Shown here: piece by piece, positions 38,215-49,759 of the stretch
Numbering within the stretch: the first letter of the stretch is position 1
How the letters are laid out: each line of letters begins with the position of its first letter
Assembly: GCA_026770705.1 (NCBI GenBank)
Contig: JANJGN010000011.1
Location: 36,270,001 to 36,334,000, forward strand
Length of the DNA stretch: 64,000 nt
Origin: Isurus oxyrinchus
Lineage: Eukaryota
Direction of reading: 5' to 3'
Notes under the pieces: model-generated
Database searches by the model: none
The model's input: the letters and a program-made list of their open reading frames with translations, nothing else
What the model was told of the DNA's origin: nothing
Made by a program: the position numbers and the translations under genes

Positions 38215-39905
38215 GATCCATTATTAAAATGTGTGAAAGATACACAGGGAAGCTATTGGAAACTATTTTCGGGGGCAAAATAAGCTTGCACTTGGAAGGT
38301 CATGGGTATTAATGGAGAGACGATGTGGATTTGTTAAAGGCAAAACCTATTTGACTAATGTGTTGAATTATTTGAGCTAACCAAGAAGGTTGATCAAGGT
38401 ATATAGTAGATGTATATATGTACTGTTGGGAGGCATTCAACGAAGTGCCATGCAAGAGTTGGATGGATATTTTTCAGACAAGATAGTTTGCAGTGGTGTT
38501 CCCTATGGGTCAGTTTTGTGTCCATCACTTTTCAATTTTTGTAAATTTTTATACACTCATGTATGGGGCAGCATTAGAAAGTTTATAAACAGTACAAAAC
38601 TTGGCAAAGTAAAAGATATAGAAAATAATTGTAGACGTCAGGGTGAGATAGACATGATGGTTAAAGGGACAGAAACATGACAAGTGGAATTCAATGAGGA
38701 GAAATGTGAACTTATGCACTTTGGGAGGACTAAAGTAGAAAGAAAGTATAAAAGCAAAATACTGTGGATGCTGGAAATCTGAAATGAAAACAGAAAATTC
38801 TAGAAAAACTCAGCAGGTCTGACAGCATCTGTGAAGAGAGAAACAGAGTTAAACTCTTGCATGGCACTTCGTTGAATGCCTCCCAACAGTACATATATAC
38901 ATCTACTATACTACCTTCATCAACCTTCTTGGTTAGCTCAAATAATTCAACACATTAGTCAAACAGGATTTGCCTTTAACAGAGCTCTGAAGATTGTCAT
39001 AGAGATTCGAAACATTAACTCCGTTTCTCTCTCCACTGATGCTGTCAGACCTAAAAAAAGAGTATACTACAATTGGCACAATTCTGAAATATATGGATGA
39101 GCAGAGACCTTGTTGTCCATATACCCAAATACAGATAATGGAAAACAGATAAGGCGGTGAAAGATCATACTAGAATGTTATAAATCAGTGGTTAGGCCTC
39201 AGCCGGAGTAATGTGGACAATTCTGGGCTTCACACTTCAGATAAGGTGTAAGACCCTAGAAAGAAAGGGTACAGAGGAGGTTTACCAGGATGTTACCAGA
39301 AATGAAATCAGTTGTGAAGAGAAGTTGGAAAATATAGTTCTGTTCTTCATGAAACAAAGAAGATTCAGGGGTGACCTAATAAAAGTTTGCAAGATGAGAG
39401 GTATTGATAGGGGAGATAGGGAAAAAAAACAATTTCCTCTCGCAAGTGGGTCAACAGCTAGAGGTCATAGATTTAAAATTTTTAGCAAAAAATCGAAAGG
39501 GATCTGGAATGCACTGTCTGAAAAGGTGATGGAAGTTGATTCCTATAATAATCTAGGTCTCGTTGTGCTAACAGGGAATATTTGCAGAGTCGCTGAGGTA
39601 AGGAAAATGTTAACTTTATTGGGACAACTCTTACTGTGGCTTCCTTGCCGTGAGGTCTACAAGAGAGCAGGATCATGAGACATTGCATCACTTCCTGTGA
39701 TGTAAACAGTGTCTCATTAGCATGTCAGAGTTAGAATCAACCCCTTATGTCACCATTCCAATAATTTTAAAATGAAGTTGTATAGATACTTTGAGGAATG
39801 CACAGGGTTACAGATAAAAAGTGTACGTGTGGGATTAAGCACAACTGCTCTTTCAGAGATGTAGCATGTGCTGAATGGTGGTCTCCTGTGTGGTAAGTTT
39901 CTATG
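38215..39905 (+). mobile_element. Degenerate CR1 RT and 3' end with two insertions
   Basis: GFVKGKTYLTN, SGVPYGSVL, VEFNEEKCELMHFG, RRFRGDLIKV, WNALSEKVME. Confidence 0.8.
38751..39053. mobile_element. PLE insertion with inverted arms enclosing an inverted copy of local DNA
   Basis: Left arm 38751-38851; 38852-38981 is the reverse complement of 38332-38460; right arm 38982-39053 carries a hammerhead relic (CTGAAGA...GAAAC); AGTATA lies on both sides. Confidence 0.85.
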
Positions 39906-40029
39906 ATTATAAGATGTTCACATACAATTTTAAGCTTTCAGGAACTATTTTAATTTTCTATTTGATTTTTATGGCTATTGATTGATTTTCACAACACTTC
40001 ATGCTCAGTTTTTGTTACTTTAATATCAA

Positions 40030-40170
40030 TCCGAGCATCCAGGCCTGGATGGAAAAGAAAGGTCACCCTTTTTCTACCAGGCATGGTGAAACATTGCACA
40101 GATTGTCAGCTCCAGGATATGGATCTAGTGCAAGAAGTGTTTCAATGACCTCTCAAGATTAGCAATGTTG
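40030..40170 (+). pseudogene. Harbinger Myb/SANT fragment
   Basis: AW*NIAQIVSSRIWI*CKKCFNDL matches the W-x2-IA...QC-x-K-x-FNDL pattern. Confidence 0.6.
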
Positions 40171-40675
40171 AGTGCAGCTCTTCATTCTCCATCCAGATTA
40201 ACAACACATAGCAGCAAGCCTTTACTACATCCCCCACCACTTTCAAAATTCCCTCCTATCACATCCTTCACTATGCAGTACAATGCCACACTATATCATC
40301 GCTCATTCTAGATACCAACACACAAGCACCTCTGCCTTGCTCCCTTCACAGCAGCAGCTATCGTCATGGTGCTGTTGGAGCTGGAGCACCAGCCTTTGGA
40401 AGGTACTGCCAGGGTAGTCAGGATAGAATGTTCTGGGGTTGGGGCTTCTCTGTACAAGGTTGTTGATGATTACTTCCAGCACTTCTAGAACCTCTAAGAA
40501 ACATACAAGTGTGCAGCTTGACTACATCAAGCTGAATTGTGATGCCTGTTATCTGCTACGCTGTAGTGCTAGTGTTACCATAACCCTTGATCCTTTCCTC
40601 TAGGTCCGTCACAATAGCTAAACACTTCCTGAAAAAAATGCCTCAGAACCTTTATAAATCTTTCATCAGGGGAGA

Positions 40676-41066
40676 GGGAGAGATGATGGCATAGTGGTAA
40701 TGTCATTGGACTAGTAATCCAGAGGCCCAGGCTAATGCTCTGGGGATATGTGTTCAAATCCCACCACAGCAGCTGAATTTAAATTCAATAATAAATCTAT
40801 AATACAAAGCTAACCTCAGTAATGCTGACCATGACAACTGTCATTGATTATTATAAAAACCCAACTGGTTCATTAATGTACATTTGGGAAGGAAATCTGC
40901 CATTTTTACCCAGTCTGGACCATGTGTGACACCAGATCCCACAGCAATGTGGCTGACTTTTAACTGCCCTCTGAAATGGCCTAGCAAGCCATTCAGATCA
41001 AAGGCAATTAGGGATGGGCAACGAATCCTGGCCTTGCCAGTGACACCCACATCCCAGGAAAGAATG
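40676..41066 (+). mobile_element. Full-length tRNA-derived SINE sharing head and tail with family A LINE
   Basis: A box TGGCATAGTGG, B box GTTCAAATCC (40752-40761); the 3' ~65 bp match the family A tail (caattagggatgggcaa...gaaagaat). Confidence 0.85.
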
Positions 41067-42057
41067 CTCTATCGCTCCCAAGCATCAGCCCGCATTTTCG
41101 CAGAGTTGTGGGGACTCCACAGACCTTCCAAAATGGCAGGTGTGCCCTGGATGCAAAGATCCCATCCCCATTTCTGACACATTGAATTTTTATCAGTGAA
41201 AGGGAGCGGGATGTGATTCAAACTTGAGGAAAACCTAAATTCAGCAGGGCCATTTGAACTTGTGCTTAGTTCAAGCATTTTGGCTGTTACAAGGGCCTTG
41301 ACTTGCAGTGTGGGAGTCACAAATTTTTGGAATAGATGTAAATTGCTCTTGAAGGGCAGATAAGGTCTATACAACTGTCATGATGTGAACTTATTTAAAT
41401 CCCCGACCCTATACAAATGAGAAAAAGTAGTCTGCAGTTATCAGTAAGAGTTATAAAAACTCTGTTCCAGCAGTTTCAGTAGCTATTCATTGACATTTCC
41501 GCAAGGGCTCTTTATGAATATTTGGCTGATTTACAAAAGCTACCATTATCTCAGCAGAGAAGTCCTGAGTTCACAATTTGATTGGCAGCTTAAAGAGGCT
41601 ATTAAAGGATTGGCTGTTTGATGTGGGAAATGAAGAAAAGTTTGTTTCTTAATATAAGGGATTGGCCACATGAGATTTAAAAATTCAAATGGGCTTTCAA
41701 GAATTAGTTGTTTTTAAATATATATATATAATGGAATCTATATTTGACTTTTAGAACTTTATTGTATTTCATCTTCGCATGGCTTCTGCGGTCTGCCCAG
41801 GGTGGGTACTGGGTGTGTTGGCATGAGTTGATGAGTTAGTATGGGAGTATAAAGGGCCAACCCCTTTCTTAATTTGTGATTGGTATAGAAGAAACTTCAC
41901 TTGGTGCGAAACCCAGCATTAATGAGCATTGCCAGACATTGGTGCCAGAGTTACCCAGGAAGCAGTTAACTACGGGGCTCTGCTGAGAAGAGGATCACTG
42001 ACTTCAGGGGTGCAGATATGAGATGAGAACTGTTTGTTTCAAGCAGTTCTATTGGGT

Positions 42058-42355
42058 ACATACAAACACATGAATTAGGAGCAGGAGTAGGCCACTCTCC
42101 CCCTCAAGCCTACTCTGCCATTCATTAAGATCATGTCTGATCTGATTTGAACCTCATATTCCTGCCTACCCATGATAACCTTTCACCCCATTGCTTATCA
42201 AGAATCTATCTACCTCTGTATTAAATATATTCAAGGACTCTGCCTCAATAACCTTTTGAGGAAGTGAATTCCAAAGTGTCTCAACACTGAGAGAGAAAAA
42301 AAATCCTCATCTCGGTCCTAAATGGGCAGCCCCTCATTTTGAAAGAGTGACCCCT
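42058..42355 (-). mobile_element. CR1 3' end
   Basis: ttaggagcaggagtaggcca...aaaaatcctcatctcggtcctaaatgggcagcccctc; homologous to 47083-47360. Confidence 0.8.
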
Positions 42356-44049
42356 GCAAGACCTGCCAGGAGATTTCACCACACTAGCTAAAAGACTGGA
42401 GAGATCCACTTGCAGCTGGTGTTGTGTCATCTCCCAGAGCATCAGCACTGCAGTCTCCCTTGGAGAGTGTGGGCATCTCTTGTTTCTACAGGAGTCAATG
42501 TTCACAAACTTTGCAGCTTTGGTAGAAGCTCAAATAGCTGCTATGCAGACTCTGGGCTCTTGTGCTCTGCCTTTGGACAGATAGATTTCTGTCTACCTTG
42601 ATGTCAAAAATGGGGTAAGGGCCTTTAAGGAGTCATTCATTTCCTGCAGTCTTTTCTCCTGTAGATCAGTGAAATTGTTGAACCCCAATCCCATGCAAGT
42701 GGCAAGGATGTAGCAAGAACAGCACTGGAGTAAAAACATACTAAGAATTGAAATGACAACCTTTAATGGGTTTTGCTTCCACTCCCTGTATTTCCAGCAA
42801 AACTTGCTGACTAAGCTTGTTTACTGTGGCTGATATTTAACTCCCAAACTAAGAAGATTAAGACCATGTGGCTTGCATTTCCCCAATTGCAAGGTCTGTG
42901 CTATAGCATCTGATCACAATCAAACCTGGGACTTTCCTGACCTGTGTGTGTGGTCACTGGCTAAGTTTGGTTAACTACTTGGGTGAAAGTTTTTGAATTT
43001 AAACAAGCTTTAAAATATAAATCTATTTTGACTGTAAAATCAACTGTAAATTTAAACCAACTGTGATTTATGTATTGAATTTTGCACAGTTAAAGATGGC
43101 AGGAGGCTATTTTCGCTGAACAGGCTGTTCTCATTGGTGGGACCAAATGTTATTGTAATTTTCTTCTTGCTAATGCTCCAGATTTGTGATGTCAGAGCCA
43201 CCAAATCTGGAAAAATATCCACGTCACTATGTAATGCATTGTACCATATAACTAGAGGCTATTTTATAGTGGTGACCTTTTACTGACATTCATTAATGAA
43301 TACAAAAGAGCATATGGACCAAATAACTCCAAGCAAGTCTGTCTATATTTTCATGAAGAAATAACAGTAACAAGCTGCCAGTGGTACCATACTTCGTTTA
43401 TAATTTTAATGGAATTTTGATTGTCTCTTGTTGATTGGATCAATTTAATGATCTAGCAAATTGTTGATTTTAGTTTCAATCCAATGGAACTATTAGTTCC
43501 ATGCAAGGAATATAAAATGGTGATTGAAGCGCTGCTAAATATTTCAGTAATTACAGTGAAGTAATGGAAAGACGCTGTTAGCCGGCTTCATTCGGCTTTA
43601 AGTGTAGAGAAAACTACCTGCAAGTTATTTTTTTATTGGTCTCTTGAGAGAGTGGATCTGAGATTTAAAAGTTATGACATTCGATTAGTAAATTCATCCC
43701 ATTGTGAACTTTTGTCTACATAAGTGGTGTTGAATTGTGCTTGCTTACTATAAACATTTCAAATGCAAGATAAGCAAAATCTATCTCTTTCAAATTAAAA
43801 AAGAAACAAAATATGCACTGGTGACTAACATGTCTTTCCAGAATGTTCTGAAGTTTTCAGGAACTTGAAATGGGTATCTCATCAAGATTCCTGAGCAAAC
43901 TGACTTACTAATGGTACTCGGGACTTACTCATTTAACCATTTCACCTGTATAATGTAGAGGGTAAAGAAATTGGAGCATCTACCATCAATATTCATAGCT
44001 CCAAGCTACAATATGCATGCTGGTCATTGCAGTTCGGACTCCTTAGTGG

Positions 44050-44218
44050 TGCTGGTTGGCTCAGTTGCCTGGATGGCCGGTGTGGATCAGGTACAGCATG
44101 GGATTCGATCCCTTTTCTGGCTGGGGTGAATCTGGGTTCTGACTTCATGCCCTACCCACAGTGGAAGTCGTGGCAATGTGGTCAGACCTGACTTCGGGTA
44201 GAGAACTGAAGAAAAATA
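44050..44218 (+). mobile_element. Short tRNA-derived SINE
   Basis: A-box-like TGGCTCAGTTG, B-box-like GATTCGATCC, tail gaactgaagaaaaa. Confidence 0.55.
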
Positions 44219-44319
44219 ATCTATAGGGTGCCAACATCTTATTTCATCCACAGAATTCTGGAAACTCTATTTGCTATATTATGTTGCCAAATTATTTGCA
44301 TTTGCTATTTTTAGCTTTT

Positions 44320-46612
44320 CTTCTTTCCTCTTGTGTTCTGGAAACATTGAATCTTCCATGGAGTCCAGGCTCTGGGCAACACCTTGCCCAAGTGGCCATT
44401 CTGTACGCTTTTTGGTGTTGAGTGTCTGCAAGTCCTATAGGTAGCAAGACAACAAAGCTGATTCTATTTCTAACCCTAACATTCAGGCACACACTCCCAG
44501 CAGGGATGGCTGGATAACGACCAGAAATGTGAACTCATCTGATGTCCCTCTCTCTAATCTAAGAATGCTAAGGTCTGTCAGAGCGCACTCGCTACAGTTG
44601 TGGCTGATATTAGTTAATTAAGCAAAGGCTGAGGGCTGAATTTTCATCACGGAGGTGGGAAACAGGAGCTGGGTCTTCCTCCAATGGGAAACTGACCAAA
44701 GTGCAGATTTTCACAGGGTATGAGTTCTTAATTGACAGGAAGACCGGTTTCTTGTCCACTTAGAGCCTGTGGGGGCAAGAATGGAGCCAAGTCAGATGAA
44801 GTGTGAAACTCATTTAGACAACCCGTGGCAATAATCACTGAGGCAACTGGTTGTTCTAAAGAAGCAATCTTTGATTCTGTGAAGTCTTCCACTGTATCAG
44901 AGAGAATTGAGATGTCACAGAGGAGCTAGAGGCCTGGTACCCAGGGCAGGGCAGGCCCTCACTTCATTGATGCTGACCAGGATCTAATGTTGGAGGCCAA
45001 AAGGGAGAGGTGAGAAGTACTGTTCCTGGAGGGTGGCAGATGGAGGCCACCTCATTGTGCAGCAGAGGCATGTCTCTGTTTCCATCATCCACCTCCAATT
45101 GTTCCTCCTCTTTTACCTCCTGCTTCTCCCATGAGGAGCTGTCTCTTGTCAGATCCTCTGGAGAGCAATGTTAAGAAGTGCACAACACACAACCACATTG
45201 ACCCAGACCCTTGCAGAAGGGTATTCAAGGGCACTATCTGGCCAGTCCGGGCACAAGAATAACATCTTCATAAACCTAATGGCCTGTTAAGTGGCTGTCC
45301 TGCTGAGCAGGTGGCATAAGTTGTGTGAACTCTGTCTGGGGTCTTCTAGAGTGGTCAGTAGCCATCTCTTTAAGGGAGTTCCCTTGTCTCCTGGGATCCA
45401 GCTGTGCCCTTCAGGGTTTGGGCTGAGATAACTTGGACCACAGGAGAATGAAGGAGTCATAGCAGCTGCCAGGAAATCGAGTGCACACATGGAGGAAACT
45501 CTTGTGGTCACAGACCAGTTGTACATTGAGAGAGTGGAAGCCATTCTTGTTGATGGATCTCACTGACCAGTCACTGGCGCCTTGATGGCCACATGTATAA
45601 CTGATGATGCCCGGCACCTGGGGAAATCCAGAGATGGAGATGAAATCCAGTGGCCTCTGTCCCTGGCTGTGTCTGTGCCTGTGTCCATCTGTGGCAAAGA
45701 GGGATTGGTGACCAGTGAAATGCTATCGTGTGCAGCCATTTTTGAGATGTCACTAAGGCCTGCAGCTGATCCTTGGAAGGATGAAGAAGCACAGATGTTA
45801 AAGGGCATGGTGACCAGTGCTGCAAGGTGAGAGGTTTTTGGCAATGAGGTACGGATGGTTGTGACCATCTGCCTGGAGAGCCATGGTCTCCTGTGGCACT
45901 AGTACTCAGTCATCTCCAGGTAGCTCTGTCTTCAGTGGGCAATATTGTGTTGTGAGTTTGGCCTCCATTGCCTTCCTGCCTTTCTTTCCTTTCCTGTGCT
46001 CTCCTCATACCAGAGGCTCTGCCCTTCTTAGGATGGGTGTTTTCCCTCCATCACCCTGGGGCCTAAAATCTGACAGTAGTGCCCCATTGCCACTTGGAGC
46101 CTTCCTTCTAGGCAGGTGACCTCTTGCAGCTGTGCCCCCTACTTTTCTGCCCCTGCAATGCCAGGGGTTGCTGACCACATTCAAAGCTCAAGTGCTCAGT
46201 GCCCACTTTCTTTGCTATCTGTGCAGTGCCAATTCCCTTACCAAGTGCCCAGGCCCCTTTTCATCACTGATTCTCTTTTGGGGCTGTCCTGATGCCCTGG
46301 ACAAGCCATGACTGGCTCCTTACTGTGTACCTGCCTCTTAGAAGCTAAAATCTGTCCGTCTCTTTAAATACCCTTCCCCTTCCGTGAGTTCTAAACAAAC
46401 TTATTAATAAGAATAATTGGCCTTAATGTGGCTGAGAATGGGATTCCTGTCCCGCTCTATCCCGGGACATGCCACTCAGTACCACTATTTTCAGGCCCCC
46501 TCCACCTCTGTTCTTGTCTTTGGAAGGCCCTGACAATTCAACCCTGAAGGATGAACTTCTAACCTCTTTCTCAGCTATTCACCAGATAACTGTGCTGAGC
46601 AATTGGGGCAGC
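44320..46612 (-). mobile_element. Degenerate tRNA-derived SINE split by the Harbinger at 44633-46544
   Basis: Body 44320-44632 (gcccaagtggccattc...cagcaggg...ctggata); head-like part resumes at 46545 (minus strand ttgctcagcac...gttcatcc). Recognised from recall. Confidence 0.45.
44633..46544. mobile_element. Internally deleted Harbinger transposon
   Basis: TIRs gggctgaattttca / tgacaattcaaccc with TSD TGA/TGA. Myb stub on + (PHFIDADQDLMLEA, about 44955-45070); transposase on - (INKNGFHSLNVQLVCDH, FPGSCYDSFIL, WIPGDKGTPLKRWLLT). Confidence 0.88.
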
Positions 46613-46689
46613 TTGAAAATGAACACAAGATAATAAATATTCTTAGTGAACCAATCCTTCAGATATTCACAAGGGAAAGGATGAGCAAT

Positions 46690-48755
46690 ATGTCCTTTCC
46701 AAACAGATAACCTAGGTAAAATTAATGACTTTGATATAAATGAGATGGAAGTCCTGGACAGGCTAAAAAAGGAATCAAAATCAATAAATCCCCAGGATAA
46801 ATTACACTTATACTAGAGTAATGAAAGACGCGAGGGAAGAGATTGGTGAGGCACCGGCAATCATTAAGGAATTACTGAATGTGGCTGTATCAGCAAATTG
46901 AAGAGAGGCCAAACTGGTAAATATATTCCAAAAAGGTGACAAAGGATACCCCATAGCAAGATAAACCTGATGGCATTCCTTGAGGTGGTGACAGATAAAA
47001 TGGGTGGGAAAATCCAGTGGATATGACGTACATGAGCTTTCAGAAAGCCTTTGACAAGGTATCACACAGGAGACTCTAGGAGAAACATAGAAACTAGGAG
47101 CAGGAGTAGGCCATTTGGCCCTTTGAGCCTGCTTTGCCATTCATTATGATCATGGCTGATCATCCAGCTCAATAGCCTGCTCCCGCTCTCTCCACATATC
47201 CTTTGATCCCTTTCACCCCAAGAGCTATTTCTAAATCCTTCTGGAAAACATACAATGTTTTGGTCTCAACTACTTTCTGTGGTAATGAATTCCACAGGCT
47301 CACCACTCTGTGGGTGAAGAAATCTCTCCTCATCTCAGTCCTAAATGGTCTACCTCATATCCTCAGACTGTGATCCCTGGTTCTGGACTCCCCCACCATT
47401 GGGAACATCCTTCCTGCATCTACCCTTCCTAGTCCTTTTAGAATTTTATAGGTGTCTATGAGATCACGCCTCATTCTTCTGAACTCCAGCGAATATAATC
47501 CTAATTGACTCAATCTCTCCTCATATGTCAGTCCCGCCATCCCAGGAATCAGTTGGGTAAACCTTCACTGCATTCCCTCTATGGGAAGTACATCCTTCCT
47601 CAGATAAGGAGACCAAAACTGCACACAATATTCCAGGTGTGACCTCACCAAGGCCCTGTACAATTGCAGCAAGACATCCCTGATCCTGTACTCAAATCCT
47701 CTAGCTATGAAGGCCAACATACCATTGGATTAAGGGATCTGAAATTAATGGGCGGGTAATGAATCAGATTAAAAACAGATCCGAAGAGATGACAGAATAG
47801 GCAATAAGGGCAGTTTTTCAGTGATAGAAGTGCCTCATAAAGTTCTGTTCTGGACCTGCATGTGTTTGCTATGTACATCAATGATTTGGACATAATGCTA
47901 GATGGGTTAATGTCCTAATTTGCCTAAAATACCAATACAAGAGGCACAGTAAATAATTTGGAGGACCGAAGAAAGCAAGGGGTTGTTATAAGATGGTGAA
48001 ATGAGCAAATAAGTAGCAGATGGAATTCAATGTCACTTAAATATGGAGTGGTACATTTTGGTTTAAAAATCTAATATTTATACCTTGAATAGGGAAAGCT
48101 GGCTACCAAAGACCAGAAGAATTTGGGTGTTTGTGTTCACAAGACATCAAAGTAGCATCTCCATTGGATAAACTCTTAAAAATCTAATGGAATACTGGGT
48201 TTTAAAGGCAAGAAGCAAAGATTATAAAAATAAAGATGTAATGGTAAATCTATAGAAAAATTTGGTAAGATCAGAGTTGGATTACGTTGCAGTTTGGGCT
48301 CCACACTATAGAAAGAATGTTGAGTCAATTGAGGGGAAATAGGACAGATTCAAGAGGATGCTGTATGATATGAGGAATTATAAAAATGATTTGAGTAACG
48401 GGACTGTTTTCATGACAACAATTGGATATTAGTAATTTGCTCGAAGTGTTAAAATTATGAGAAGATGGGACAGAATAGGAGGAAACAGACTGTTTGTTTC
48501 TGGTGATTGAATGGTTTGGAAAGAGCTGGCATGTATATAGGATTAAATGTAAGGAATTTCAGACAGACAGCAGGAGAAATCTTTTTACTCAGAAGGAGGC
48601 AGTGGTTGAGGTGTATACCATGTCAGCATTGAAGAGGTTAGATTAGCAGTTGAAGAGAAAGGGACAGGGCAGGCACACAGGATTTAAGTTACTCCTCACC
48701 TGGAGGATTAACACCAATACAGGCTTATTTCTATATTGTAATTTCTGTGTTATGC
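46690..48755 (+). mobile_element. Old CR1 fragment interrupted by a younger antisense CR1
   Basis: KSPG*, IFQKGDK, FQKAFDKVSHRRL; resumes at 47726 with MYINDLD, WQMEF-like sequence and VNL*KNLVRSELDY. Confidence 0.65.
47083..47725 (-). mobile_element. Younger 5'-truncated CR1
   Basis: ORF MAGLTYEERLSQLGLYSLEFRRMRRDLIDTYKIL...; tail aaacatagaaactaggagcaggagtaggcc. Confidence 0.9.
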
Positions 48756-49759
48756 TATGCATTTGCTAATGTCTTCACCTGAGTGCCAAGTCAACGATTC
48801 CCAAGTTCTCCATTGGGTTGTCAGCCATCCAAGATTGAACGTGAGTTTCCCAGAATTGCTGATTGATATCACGATGACTAGCACAATTCTTCAAGGATTC
48901 AATATTAAATTCACAAAGCCATCTTTATTTTTCTTCAATCACCATGAGTCAGAAAACTAATCAAAATATTTAAGATTTTCTATATAAATTGTATAAACTA
49001 TATATTATACATTTATACATACATATAAATGTGTATACCAATAAAAGCAAAATATCACGCCAATTTCATTTCTAGGTTTAGTACTGGAGGAGGAGCTCTT
49101 CTCATGGCTTTATTTGTATTCGGCAAGCCACAAGTCTGGTGCTACCAGTGCACAGCAGTTGAGTTTTACAGATTTATCGCAATCGTCAATAACTAATTCA
49201 AAGCATGATATCATGCACCACTGTGACAATCTTTTTCATCTGATAGGACTTGCTAAAATACAAATGATTCAAACAAAAATAGAAACTATTTTGGTTTAGT
49301 TGACATTTATAAACTTGGGGACAATATGTAAATTTGTGCATGCAACACTGAGGAACATGTCGAACTATCTCTTTGTCCTTTATCCCAGAGGTGAAGGTTT
49401 GTTATAGGGTAACTGCAGAATGTTCATGCTTGTTAAGAATGAAGACTACAGATTACATTACTGAGCACCAATGTCTCCTGGATTCATTGAGATGGTAATG
49501 TAAAAAGAATTTAATTTCTCTAAAGCACAGTATAATCATGACTGCTGCATCTGTCGGTCTGGCAGCAGACTTCCATCATTAATACACCATTCTTTACAAA
49601 ACATTAAAATGCAACAATCAAGACCAAAATGACTTTTAAAGGTCACTGGCAATGCATAAATTAAGCACGGTAGTAAATTATTTTTTAAATTTAAAATGCT
49701 AAGCGAATGGAACATGCATACTTTTGTAAAAACTAGCGACCAGGTTTTCACTATTGAGT

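Noticed and set aside
40676-40770. tRNA gene (also at 54672, 44050 and 63198)
   Set aside because: A and B boxes are present but there is no convincing cloverleaf, and each continues into a SINE or LINE body.
49075-49299. Acceptor-like site followed by an open frame
   Set aside because: No donor site and no recognisable protein; compatible with chance.
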